Under the pieces are notes generated by a model. The model had not been told where the DNA came from, made no database searches, and saw only the letters and a program-made list of their open reading frames with translations. From a virus, in the IMG/VR virus record IMGVR_UViG_3300025684_000014, positions 59,668 through 123,667 of that record: a DNA stretch of 64,000 nucleotides; one strand, given 5' to 3'. A program made the translations under genes and the position numbers. Positions 27,766-37,985 of this stretch are shown here, in pieces; positions within the stretch are counted from its first letter, which is position 1; each line of letters opens with the position of its first letter.

Positions 27766-29085
27766 ATGTGCAGTAACGATCATCACAATCATGATGACTC
27801 TCAAGCGCATCAAGAAACTGATGGTAAGTTTGTACATTTTCATGTGCATACTGAGTATTCTCTTCTTGATGGTATTAACAAAGTTTCTCGATTACCAAAA
27901 AGAGCAAAAGAGCTCGGTATGCCTGCTGTGACTATATCTGATCATGGCAACATATCAGGCAGTTACAAATTTTATAAAGAGTGTAAAAAGCATGACATCC
28001 AACCTATTATTGGTATGGAAGCTTATTACACAGTAAATGATCGCCATGCAAAAGAGCCTGATGAACTAGGTAAATCTTACTATCATTTGATCTTACTTGC
28101 TCAAAACAATACTGGTCTTCACAACCTTATGAAGCTTAGCTCTTATGCTTATACAGAAGGTATGTATCGTAAGCCACGTATTGATGACGCTCTTATTGCT
28201 GAATACTCAGAAGGCTTAATAGCTACTACCACATGTCTTGGCAGTAGAGCTAGTCAGCTTATTCTTAACGGCGAAAAAAAAGCTGCTCAAAATCTCATAC
28301 TCCATCATAAAGCAATGTTTAAAGATCGTTTTATGGTTGAGCTTCAGCTTCACAAAGATGAAGAACAACAAACAGTTAATAAAGTACTCCAAGAAATTGC
28401 TTTAGACCATAATCTTCCAATGATTATCACAAATGACTGCCATTATACCTATGAGCATGATAAAATGCATCACGAAGCTGCTCTTTGTATGCAAACAAAG
28501 ACTACTTTAGCTGATGAAAATCGTTTTAGTTTTGGCGAAATTGACGTTCACTTTGCTTCTCATGATTGGATGTGGAAACAAGCTGAAGCTCAAAATATGC
28601 CTTATGATGTAATTTCAAATACTGCTCATTTGACCAGTATGATCGATAGCGATTCTTATTTTATGGATAAGATGAATCGTTATCCAAAATTTCAAGAAAT
28701 CCCTGAAGGTCTTACAAGCCCAGAACATTTAGCTATTGAAGCTCAACATGGACTTTATGCACGTTTTGGAGAAATGCCTCCACTTGAGTACAGAGAACGT
28801 TTATCAGAAGAATTAAATGTTATAAAGAGAATGGGTTTTTCTGATTACATGTTAATCGTTGCCCAATTTATGAATGGCGCTCGAGACTATGGTGTTATGC
28901 ATGGTCCAGGTCGTGGTTCTGCTGCAGGAAGTCTTGTAGCTTGGGCATTACGAATTACTGAAGTCGATCCAATAAAATACGATTTGATGTTTTCTCGTTT
29001 TCTTAACGAGGGTCGTGCTGCGACTCCTCTTATTTTTAACAAAGAAATGGCAGCAAAAGCTGACCAATACACTATGCCTTTTTAA
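27766..29085 (+). CDS. dnaE: DNA polymerase III alpha, fragment 1 (PHP domain and start of palm)
   Basis: HFHVHTEYSLLDG, SDHGN, TNDCHY, GPGRGSAAGSLVA, FSRFLNEGR, then a short tail and stop. Confidence 0.93.
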   Translation: MCSNDHHNHDDSQAHQETDGKFVHFHVHTEYSLLDGINKVSRLPKRAKELGMPAVTISDHGNISGSYKFYKECKKHDIQPIIGMEAYYTVNDRHAKEPDELGKSYYHLILLAQNNTGLHNLMKLSSYAYTEGMYRKPRIDDALIAEYSEGLIATTTCLGSRASQLILNGEKKAAQNLILHHKAMFKDRFMVELQLHKDEEQQTVNKVLQEIALDHNLPMIITNDCHYTYEHDKMHHEAALCMQTKTTLADENRFSFGEIDVHFASHDWMWKQAEAQNMPYDVISNTAHLTSMIDSDSYFMDKMNRYPKFQEIPEGLTSPEHLAIEAQHGLYARFGEMPPLEYRERLSEELNVIKRMGFSDYMLIVAQFMNGARDYGVMHGPGRGSAAGSLVAWALRITEVDPIKYDLMFSRFLNEGRAATPLIFNKEMAAKADQYTMPF

Positions 29086-29094
29086 GGAAATAAC

Positions 29095-30361
29095 ATGACT
29101 AATCAACAACAAATTCAAGAGTATGCAACTAAAATCCAAGCAACAGGCGATACTTATGCAACCTATCTCTACGCTATTCAAGACAAAAATGGACTTATTG
29201 TACGTCATAGAAACAATACTCATTACGCAACTAGGGCTGAAGCTCGTGCTGTTAGGCGCACTCTTCAGCGAAACGATATCAAAGTTGTTCGCGCTGAGTT
29301 TATTAATGTTTCTCGTTGGGAGACTGCTAAGTGAAAGAGCATCTTATTCCAAAATTTTGGCAAGCTAATTTATCAGCAAAATCAAATACAGCTTCTTATT
29401 ATACTGACGGTATTCACCTTTACTCAGGAAAAAAAGTCATTGGAACTACAAACGGCTATGGTCAGAAGTTTTTATACAATTATACAAAGTCTGACCAAGG
29501 GACATTTTTGTCTCCGCTAATTAGCAGACATGTAAATATGGCTAAATTTTATGCAGATGAATTTGTATCAACTAAAAAGGATTAATTATGCTTAACGATC
29601 AATCTCCAGAAGCACATAATTTTTTAGAAAAACATGTCTACGTAAATGCTAATCCTTTAATCCAATATCTTCTTGAATCAACTAAAGAGCCTTTTGGTGA
29701 AGAATGGTATGAAGAGCTTTTTTGTCATTATGACACTTCTTCAAATTCTGAACCAGAGCTTTATCATGAAACTCAACTTTATGAAGATTACAACCCATCT
29801 CTAGAAGGTGATTATTGTCCTGAAGATTTTGAACCAGAACTTAGAGAACCTTATGAGTTTTATATTGTAAGTAATTATTTTGCTGAACAATTAAAAGCTC
29901 ATAATGCTTTACTTACAAATCAATTTGGTTTTTGGATTTGGGGCAGAGAAACTACTGGACAAAGTATTATTTTAGATTATATCTTTCAAAAAATTTGGCA
30001 ACAATTTAAAGAAAGAAATGCATAATAGGTTTATATGAGCACATATATTATTAAACTTGATCCTTATTCTCAATTATATAAAAAATTAAAATCTATTTTT
30101 AATAATAAAAATCATATTATTATTGCTGTAAAAAATACAGAGCCTCATGCAAGGTCTGCGGTTGAAGGCCTTCTGTATAATTTAAATAACGCATACGAAC
30201 TTTCGTATAAAGAAAAAACTCTTACCGAAAAAGTATTTCAAATAATGGTCTCTTTAAACAAAGATTCTTTTACTGATTCGGAAATACAAGTTATAGAATC
30301 TTCTTTTAATTTTAAAATTAAAGATCAAAGTTTTTATACCAATCTTTTGTGGGGTGGTTAA
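29095..30361 (+). other. Four small hypothetical genes between dnaE fragments 1 and 2 (29095..29334, 29331..29585, 29588..30025, 30035..30361)
   Basis: Tightly packed ORFs with ribosome-binding sites; no polymerase, intein or nuclease motifs seen. Confidence 0.65.
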
Positions 30362-30426
30362 CACCCACCCTTACATCTTCTAACTGGTTGTAACTTCCAT
30401 TTTTTTATTGTTTCAAAGGTATTCAT

Positions 30427-33317
30427 ATGTCTTCCTTTTTGAGAGAAGATGTTCTAAAAAAGATTGACCCTTATATAGATTTAGAAAGATATTCTCAAAT
30501 AGATCCTGATTATTTCAAGCAAGAAGTAATTATGGCTTCTTATGAAGATTTACACAGAATACAAGCTTCCTTATCTAACAATCTTTTTTATAAATCAAAT
30601 CCTCACAACTCTATTTTACTTTATTTAACTAAACTCACTGATGATTTTGATTTTAACAAAGCAAGATCAAATACTACTGGTGGCGCACCCCCCGATGTAG
30701 ACCTGGATCATGATGCATTAGATCGTGAAAAGGCTATTCAATGGTGTATTGATTATTGGGGCAGAGAGCGTGTTGCAAATATTATTACTCACGGTACATT
30801 TAAACCAAAGAGTTTAGCTCGTTCTTATTATCGAATTACCGAAAAAGATCAATCTGATCTTAATGATTTATTAGCAATGATCCCTCCCCCTAAATACGGA
30901 AAAGAAGCTACTCTTGAAGAAATATTGGAACAAAACCCCAACATTTCAGAAGAGCAAAGGTATGCAGCATTTCTTGAATTTGCTGACCGTATAGAAGATA
31001 TGGTTGCTAACTTTGGTATCCATGCTGCAGGTGTTATTATTTCTGATACTGAAATAAGTGATAACATTCCTATTTGGTCAAATAGTAAAGCAGATAGAAT
31101 AACTCAATACGATAAAGATGAATGCGAAGATCTTGGTCTTCTTAAATTCGACTTTCTTGGTATTGATACTCTTTCTGTTATTAAAGAATGTACAGCACTT
31201 ATTGAAGAACAAACAGGTGAAAAAATTGAACCTTACGCTATTCAAGATGGTGATGAACTAGCTTATAAATATCTCAATGAAGGATGTCTTACTGGAATTT
31301 TCCAAATGGAAACTTCTGGTACTGCCAAGAAATTAATACTTGATATTAAACCTCAAAGTATTGAAGATTTAAGTGCTATTAGCGCCATCAATTGGTGGCC
31401 TTAAAAGCGGGTCAATTGCGGGAAACTCCTTAGAGCTTTAACTACTAAATCTTATTAGAGATAATAAGGTGGCCAAGCTAATCACTTGGGTATAGTAAAA
31501 ATGTTGAAGATTGGACAATCCGCAGCCACGAATCCTAATCCGATTCAGGTTCAGAGACTAGGTGAGCACACCAGCTTACATTGAGTAATTGATGTAATGC
31601 GACCCCGCTACTCTTTTATTAAGAGGAATGATATAGTCCGTTTACTAGTGAAAGCTAGTAGTTAGGTCGAAAGGCCTAACTGTTTGACTTTATGAAGAAC
31701 ATCTTCTTCAGAATCGTCATATTTTATTATTAATAAATTGATATTATTTTGTTCACAAAAATCTTTTTTAATTTGATCACGTTTTTTACAGAGCTCAAAA
31801 TCTTCTTCTTTTTTATAAAAGAAATTTACATATTCGTAATGCTGTCTACCGTTATACTCGACAACAAGATTCAACTCTTTAAAATACGCATCGCACCTAA
31901 GTTTGTATTTATATTTTAAGCCAAAAAACTTTTTTTGTTTTTCTGCTTTTAACCCAAAGAGCTCTTCAAGACGCTCTATCCATATATTTTCAGAACTATA
32001 AAAAGTTCTTGGGCTGTATTCTAACCCAAAAAACTCACAACAGTTTTCGATATTTCCGTATCTTTTTAAAATTGTTACGCGGCTTATATTTGTAAATTTA
32101 TCTATGTTTTCTGAACAAATATTATCTTTTATTTTTAATAATTCTTTTTTAATATCTTCGTCTGAAAAATTTAACTGCTTGTTATCATATTTATTTATCT
32201 CAGGATGACCTTCAAAAAACCCACCGAAACTACCATAAAGTCTTCTATATACTTTGTGGTTTATTTTTCCATGTTTTTCTAGAAGTCCTTTAGAAAAAAA
32301 TCCAAATTCTTTTTCTAATCGCTTAGCTTCTAAAAGACAATCTTCTTTTGAATGAACTTTTCTTTTACTCCCTTTAGTACTTGTTGTTATTTTTGTGGTA
32401 TCTATCAGGTTGTGCATTTCTTTGAATGCGCCTAAAGATCCAAAATGAGTTCTAATACTTCTTCTAGTAAAGTCACAATTTTCTTCAACAAGAGGTACTG
32501 TTAAGCGCCCATGTACTTTATGAATAGCAAGCAATTCTTTTTCACAATCAGATTTAGATATTCTATGATGATTCATACGAAACCTTTCTTTGAGTATACA
32601 CCTATTATATACTCTTTGCTTAGGCTTGTCAAACAATTCCTTCGCAATCGCCCCGGGCCGCTACAAGCTGGTCTTGATAAAACTTATATTACAAATAAAT
32701 TAAACAACTCTCCGCCAGAAGATCTTCCAGAAAATGTAGCTGAAATACTTAAAGCTTCTTATTGGACTCTTATATACCAAGAACAAATTATGAGGCTATT
32801 TACTGATCTTGCTGGTTTTACACAACAGGAAGCTGATGATGTTAGACGAGCAATGGGTAAGAAAAAGCTTTCTGTTCTTGAGAAATATAAAGAGCAATTC
32901 CTTAATGGCGCAACTTCTATTGGTGGTCTTATGGCTGATTACGCTGATAGTTTATGGAATGATATTTTGGGTTTTGCTGATTATTGCCTTGCAGGTGATA
33001 CCGAAATATTACTTCCAATAGGTACTAAAAGATCAACAAAAATTAAAGATATTATTAAAGATCAATATAATGGTTTTGCTTTATCTTATGATACTCAAGT
33101 AAATAGTTGGTCTGCAGAGTCCCCTTATTGTGCTCAACATATATCTCAATGGCATGATAAAGGAATAAAAGATGTATACAGATATGTTTTAGAAGATGGT
33201 TCTTATGTTGATTGTACTGAAAATCATAGTTTTTTGTTAAGTAATAAAAAATCTTATGCTGAAATAGATAAAATTTATACTAAAAAATTAGAAATATATT
33301 CTACAAAAGATGATTGA
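30427..33317 (+). CDS. dnaE: DNA polymerase III alpha, fragment 2 (catalytic palm/thumb/fingers) fused to the split-intein N half; exons 30427..31388 and 32645..33317
   Basis: PDVDLD, HAAGV, KFDFLG, GIFQME; exon join restores AISAI-NRPGP; IYQEQIM, RRAMGKK, GFADY|C. Confidence 0.92.
31662..32576 (-). CDS. Intron-encoded putative homing endonuclease (helical repeats + Vsr/DUF559-like PD-(D/E)XK domain)
   Basis: Three repeats ending (H/L/R)(F/Y)G(S/N); LRCDAYF...VVEYNGRQHY; AAAGG ribosome-binding site before the ATG at 32576. Confidence 0.8.
   Translation of the reverse strand: MNHHRISKSDCEKELLAIHKVHGRLTVPLVEENCDFTRRSIRTHFGSLGAFKEMHNLIDTTKITTSTKGSKRKVHSKEDCLLEAKRLEKEFGFFSKGLLEKHGKINHKVYRRLYGSFGGFFEGHPEINKYDNKQLNFSDEDIKKELLKIKDNICSENIDKFTNISRVTILKRYGNIENCCEFFGLEYSPRTFYSSENIWIERLEELFGLKAEKQKKFFGLKYKYKLRCDAYFKELNLVVEYNGRQHYEYVNFFYKKEEDFELCKKRDQIKKDFCEQNNINLLIIKYDDSEEDVLHKVKQLGLST
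32604..32632 (-). promoter_or_regulatory. Consensus sigma70 promoter for the intron endonuclease
   Basis: TTGACA-N17-TATAAT on the minus strand. Confidence 0.85.
32985..33314 (+). mobile_element. Split intein, N half (110 aa)
   Basis: CLAGDTEIL block A; QWHDKG.K.VY.Y.LEDGS...CTENH.FL block B; followed by a stop. Confidence 0.93.
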
Positions 33318-33370
33318 AAATTTATACATACAGATATTAATATAAAATATTAAAAAGAAAGAGGGGGAAT

Positions 33371-33742
33371 ATGGCTACTCATGCAGAGAATTCATTAAAA
33401 GGAACCTTGATTAGAGACGCTAATATTAACGTTAATATGGAGCAAAACTCTTATCTTGGTTCTGTAGGTTCTTCTATTACTAATATAATTCCTTCAGACC
33501 ATGACCTGTCTAGTCAGATTGATGGTGTGACTTCAGAATTTATATTAGACCCACCAGTAGCTTATGGAACTGAATATTTATTTGAGCTTTATTTAGATGG
33601 TCAAAAACTTTATAGATCTATGGTTCCTCAAGCTCCAGACTTTTATTTAAATCCAAATAGAGTACGTGTAGTGCTAGCACCTGATTTCGAGCTTTCTCCG
33701 GAATCAGTTTTAATAGCTAAATACGTGGATCAACTTCAATAA
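33371..33742 (+). CDS. Putative virion protein (small beta-rich module)
   Basis: DLSSQIDGVTSEFIL...LYLDG...LIAKY; related to 42900..43211. Confidence 0.55.
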   Translation: MATHAENSLKGTLIRDANINVNMEQNSYLGSVGSSITNIIPSDHDLSSQIDGVTSEFILDPPVAYGTEYLFELYLDGQKLYRSMVPQAPDFYLNPNRVRVVLAPDFELSPESVLIAKYVDQLQ

Positions 33743-33753
33743 GGGTTTTATGA

Positions 33754-36700
33754 ATGTCTAATACTATAAATAGAAGAACTAAATTTAGGCCAGGATCTCT
33801 TTCAACTGAACTTTTAGCTGATAATGGTGCTTTAGTTTGGGAACAAGGCAGAGTGAGTGCTCAACCTTTACTTGATGCTGATTCCCAAACTAATACTCGT
33901 ATTGATAATATTTATTGGAAAGATCCAGTAAATTCTGTCGCTCAGTTAGAAGATCTAGATCCAGATACTTTAAGACCAGGCGACACTTATTATTCTATAG
34001 CCGAACAACAAGTTTATGTTTTTTCTGGCCCCATTCCTTCTCTTCCTCAAAATGTTGATACTTACCAACCACCTACTTGGACTGCAGCAAATAGAACAGA
34101 ATATTTTTTTCCTGTTGCTGTTGGTTTAGATAAAAACTCATTAGCAACAAAAAGCTATGTCGATTCTGAAATATTAAATCTTATTGATAATGCACCTGGA
34201 GTACTCGATACTATTAGAGAACTCGCAGAAGCAATTAATAATGATGAAAATTTTGCAGACAATGTATTTGCTCAAATTACAGGTTTGCAAAATACAAAAG
34301 CAGATAAAACTTCTGTTTATACTACTACAGAAATTGATCAAATTGAATCAAACCTTTTAGATATCATAAATGCAATTGATGCTAAAAATCGTAGGGTTGT
34401 TGACTATGTTATTGGCTCGCAACCTTATGCTGACAATGTAAATCTTCAAGATCAACTAATTCTCAACAAGCTTCCCACTTCTGAAGAACCACTTACTTTT
34501 CTTTTGAGGTATGGGGCTCAAGCAACAGATCCTACCATAAATATAAATAATCCAGGCTATATATTTATAGCACCTACTGAAGAAACAGTAGTTTTCCCAG
34601 CAGATATAAATATTGAACTTACTGGTACTACCCAAGATGACTTTATAGTTTTTAAAGACATAACTTTAAGTTCAATTACAGTACCTATTACTTCTTCTCC
34701 ATTTACTTTACTTCTTGATAATGTAACTTTTAATAATGAATTACTTATTTATTCTAATATAAATGTCATTATTCAAGATTCTCAATTTATAGATGTTACT
34801 ACTTTAGATTTTTCTAATAGTTCTGTAATAAAAATAACTAATTCTAATTTAAAAAATGATAATAGAATTTTAGAGCTTTCAAACAATGCTTTAGTTACTA
34901 TAAGTAACTCTCATATCACTGGCGAAATAGTTTTAAGATCTTCTTCAAAACTATACTCTAATGATGTATCTTATGAAATTTTAACAGATACTCCAGTAAT
35001 TGTCGCAAACGAAACAAATACATTTGTTTCACTAAAAGATATAGAGTTCCTTACTCCATTAAACTATTCTTCTAATTATATAGATGGTTTAGGCGAACTT
35101 TATTGTAATTTAAATGTATATGATTCTTCTTTAAATCCTATTTTAAATCAAGATCAATCATATACTAAACAAATAAAAGTTGGCTCTACATTAAATAATA
35201 ATGAAGGTATGCAAGTAAAGCATTATTACCTTCCAAACGGTTATGAGCATTTCTTTTATAATGATGAACAAGCAAGAGATACAATTGCTAATTTTATTTC
35301 AGCTCATACTTTAAATCATTCAGCTGTATCTTGGGTACATGACGATCAAAACGATACTTTTGCTTTAGAATTAAATTTATCTTCTTCTGATTTATCTGAT
35401 GAAGCAGATATTGCTTTTAAAAGTAAAACAAATATTTTTACTCAACGAAATGTATTTAATGATGTACACATAACATCTGCTACTATCAATAATGCTGATA
35501 TAGATATTGCTTCTATTGATTTATTAACTGTACCTACTCAATTACAAACAGATAGCTCTAACAAAGCAGCTTCTACTCAATATGTTAGAGAAGCTTTTTC
35601 TAAACTCGAAGCTGATATAGAAGATTTAGAGTTAACAGAATTAAAAGATGTATCTATAACTTCTCCAGCTGAATCTCACGTGGTAGTTTATAATCCATTA
35701 GCTGCTACTATTTCACAAAACTGGACCAATAGACAATTAAATTCATCAGACCTTTCTAATGATTCTCAACTCATTAAAGCTGGGGATTCTGTATTTAGAC
35801 TTTCTGATATAGCTAGACCTACTTTGTTGTGGCAAAGTGGAGCAGCTGGCCCCAACAGCGGCTATTCTTCTACTAATCAAACTTTACGATGGAATGGTGA
35901 CCAGTATGATATTCAAGGCACCATTACAAAGGGTAATGGTCAATGGATAGTTGATTTAGCCAACAACTCTTTATTAAGAGCCTCTTTTGAACCAACTACA
36001 GTTTCCGATTACGATGGTTGGGGTAAAATTGCTTTAGCTGATAATGAAGAGGTTAGAGACGGTTCAAATTCGACAAAAGCAGTTACTCCTTCTTTGTTGC
36101 ATGCAAATTATGCTAGCAATACTTTTAGTAATTTAGGCAATTATGAAGTAGCTAGAGCTAATTTAGGTTTTTCTAATTTACCTCATTATTATAAATATGA
36201 TTTAGACACTGCAACAATTGAAAATGTTGCTTATACATATCCTGGCTACGATTCTGTTTTTTATGAACAAGTTTCTGCAGGATTTAATACTTTTGATTTA
36301 TCAGAAGGAAAATTTTATTTCTTATCTTTAGATAATTCTCAAAATGTATTAATAAATTTAACTAATGCTTTTCCATTAAATTCTACTTCTAAAATTAGAA
36401 AAGAAACCGCTTTAGGCACTTATCAATTAATTGTCGATCCTTCTCAATATATTCTCACTTCTGATAATGTAAAAATATACAATTCTCTTGATTTAGTGAA
36501 TCAATACCAAGAAATTTCAATAACAAAATTAGTAGATTTTTCTGGTGTTATTTATTGGAAACTTTCTGGATATTATCAAAACTCAAATAATTCTAGTACT
36601 GCTCCAATAGATATAGAAGCTACTCAAGATGCTGTGGCGCCTTTATTTATTAATGGCCAGCACTCACCTGCTATAAACTATTTTTATGATGACCCAAATC

Positions 36701-37488
36701 ACAGAATAAATACTACTCTTACTTTTGCAACAGAAGCTCAAGTTTTAGCTGGTATCTTAGAAGACAAACCCATATCTCCAAAAACTTTACAAACTGCAAT
36801 ACAAGCTTCTACCCCTACAGGAGTTTTATTTGCAAATAATAATTTAAATGATTTAACTAATATTTCTACTGCTAGATCTAATTTAGGTTTAGGTTCAGCA
36901 GCATTAACAAATATTGGTTTTTCAGCTGGTGATACTCCAAGGGTAGGTTCTTCCAATCTTATAGTCAATCAAGCACTTATTTATGACGGCACAGGAATTG
37001 TCTCTACAACAATGTCTCTTGGTGGTGGTTCATATACAACCGCAACTACTTTAAACGAAGGTATTGTTACTTTAGCAAAACTTTCTGATCCAGTTTCAAG
37101 TCAGAATGCTGCTACTCCTGATTGGTTTTATAAAACAATCTCAAGTAGCTCTCCTAATGTTATACAATCTACTTTAAAATCACTTTCTGGTTCAGCTGTA
37201 TACCAACCAATGAATTATGATTTTAAAGCTGAATTTTCTTACTATTACAGTATTTCCACTACGCTTACTAGCGGAAACTTAGAAATAGAATTACCAGAGA
37301 TTGCTTTAGGTATACCTGGTACAAAAATAGAATTTAAATATAGGCAACAATACAGTAACTATACTGTCTCCTTGATACCTTATTCTGGAGATACTATAGA
37401 TAGAGATCCTTTTAATTTTATTTTAAATGAAGAAGGTCAATTTATTACTTTTGTTGTTGGTTTTGATGGAAACTGGGAGATCCACTAA
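33754..37488 (+). CDS. Long tail-fibre-like protein
   Basis: DNAPGVLDTIRELAEAINND, NNLNDL...ARSNLGLG and ASTQYV fibre motifs; beta-helix-like central part. Confidence 0.75.
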   Translation: MSNTINRRTKFRPGSLSTELLADNGALVWEQGRVSAQPLLDADSQTNTRIDNIYWKDPVNSVAQLEDLDPDTLRPGDTYYSIAEQQVYVFSGPIPSLPQNVDTYQPPTWTAANRTEYFFPVAVGLDKNSLATKSYVDSEILNLIDNAPGVLDTIRELAEAINNDENFADNVFAQITGLQNTKADKTSVYTTTEIDQIESNLLDIINAIDAKNRRVVDYVIGSQPYADNVNLQDQLILNKLPTSEEPLTFLLRYGAQATDPTININNPGYIFIAPTEETVVFPADINIELTGTTQDDFIVFKDITLSSITVPITSSPFTLLLDNVTFNNELLIYSNINVIIQDSQFIDVTTLDFSNSSVIKITNSNLKNDNRILELSNNALVTISNSHITGEIVLRSSSKLYSNDVSYEILTDTPVIVANETNTFVSLKDIEFLTPLNYSSNYIDGLGELYCNLNVYDSSLNPILNQDQSYTKQIKVGSTLNNNEGMQVKHYYLPNGYEHFFYNDEQARDTIANFISAHTLNHSAVSWVHDDQNDTFALELNLSSSDLSDEADIAFKSKTNIFTQRNVFNDVHITSATINNADIDIASIDLLTVPTQLQTDSSNKAASTQYVREAFSKLEADIEDLELTELKDVSITSPAESHVVVYNPLAATISQNWTNRQLNSSDLSNDSQLIKAGDSVFRLSDIARPTLLWQSGAAGPNSGYSSTNQTLRWNGDQYDIQGTITKGNGQWIVDLANNSLLRASFEPTTVSDYDGWGKIALADNEEVRDGSNSTKAVTPSLLHANYASNTFSNLGNYEVARANLGFSNLPHYYKYDLDTATIENVAYTYPGYDSVFYEQVSAGFNTFDLSEGKFYFLSLDNSQNVLINLTNAFPLNSTSKIRKETALGTYQLIVDPSQYILTSDNVKIYNSLDLVNQYQEISITKLVDFSGVIYWKLSGYYQNSNNSSTAPIDIEATQDAVAPLFINGQHSPAINYFYDDPNHRINTTLTFATEAQVLAGILEDKPISPKTLQTAIQASTPTGVLFANNNLNDLTNISTARSNLGLGSAALTNIGFSAGDTPRVGSSNLIVNQALIYDGTGIVSTTMSLGGGSYTTATTLNEGIVTLAKLSDPVSSQNAATPDWFYKTISSSSPNVIQSTLKSLSGSAVYQPMNYDFKAEFSYYYSISTTLTSGNLEIELPEIALGIPGTKIEFKYRQQYSNYTVSLIPYSGDTIDRDPFNFILNEEGQFITFVVGFDGNWEIH

Positions 37489-37976
37489 TGTCTTATAAAA
37501 TAACTAATGTAAATGGGAATTACGGTCCAAATATAAATCTTACTACTGAAACTATTTCAGAAAAAGGTAATTTATATTTTACTGAACAAAGAGCTAAATC
37601 TTCTGCTTTAGAAAACAGAAATGAATTTCCTACTTATCTTGATAAGCATTTCTACACTATTGGTGCTCTTGAGCAAAAGCAAGGAGACCTTTTTTGGCAA
37701 GTATTAGCTCCAATAAAAATTATTGAAGTTACAGCTACTTTAGGCGTTGCTTCTGAAGGTAATTCAGTAGTTATTTATGTTCAAAAAAATGGTGGAAACT
37801 CTCCTGACAAACTATTATACGATATATCAATTCCACCACTTTCAAATAAAAAAATAGTTGGTGGAGAAAGAATTCTTCAACAAGGAGATTATATCCAAGT
37901 AGACATTGCTTCTGTAGGCACTGTTTCTCCTGGTCAAAATCTTACTGTTTCTTTCAAATACCACAACATACTTTAA
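37488..37976 (+). CDS. Putative fibre-associated virion protein
   Basis: TETISEKGNLYFTEQRA repeat-type motif; DIASVG...PG.NLTV C-terminus. Confidence 0.6.
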   Translation: MSYKITNVNGNYGPNINLTTETISEKGNLYFTEQRAKSSALENRNEFPTYLDKHFYTIGALEQKQGDLFWQVLAPIKIIEVTATLGVASEGNSVVIYVQKNGGNSPDKLLYDISIPPLSNKKIVGGERILQQGDYIQVDIASVGTVSPGQNLTVSFKYHNIL

Positions 37977-37985
37977 GGATTAAAA

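Larger units (their letters stand above)
31389..32644 (+). mobile_element. Group I intron in dnaE (1256 nt) carrying an endonuclease gene
   Basis: P1 GCCAU/GUGGC with U-G pair; AATTGCGGGAAA, AATCCGCAGC, TTCAGAGACTA, GATATAGTC core elements; terminal G32644 precedes C-AAT-CGC-CCC-GGG. Confidence 0.9.

Noticed and set aside
27169-27849. 226-aa minus-strand ORF and other antisense ORFs (e.g. 44032..44502, 50997..51395, 19275..19595)
   Set aside because: Shadows of well-supported plus-strand genes with no recognisable motifs
29010-30700. Intron, intein or excisable element explaining the first dnaE break
   Set aside because: No group I/II core motifs, no C1 or HN intein ends, no recombinase and no flanking direct repeats found by eye
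32577-32636. Longer start for the intron endonuclease given in the track
   Set aside because: The region contains the gene's own promoter; the ATG at 32576 has a ribosome-binding site
32511-32644. N-terminal 45 codons of the 32511..33317 ORF
   Set aside because: They lie inside the group I intron; DnaE similarity begins at NRPGP
32985-33317. Assigning a cyanobacterial host from the intein
   Set aside because: No photosynthesis or other cyanophage marker genes in the window; the host cannot be determined from this sequence
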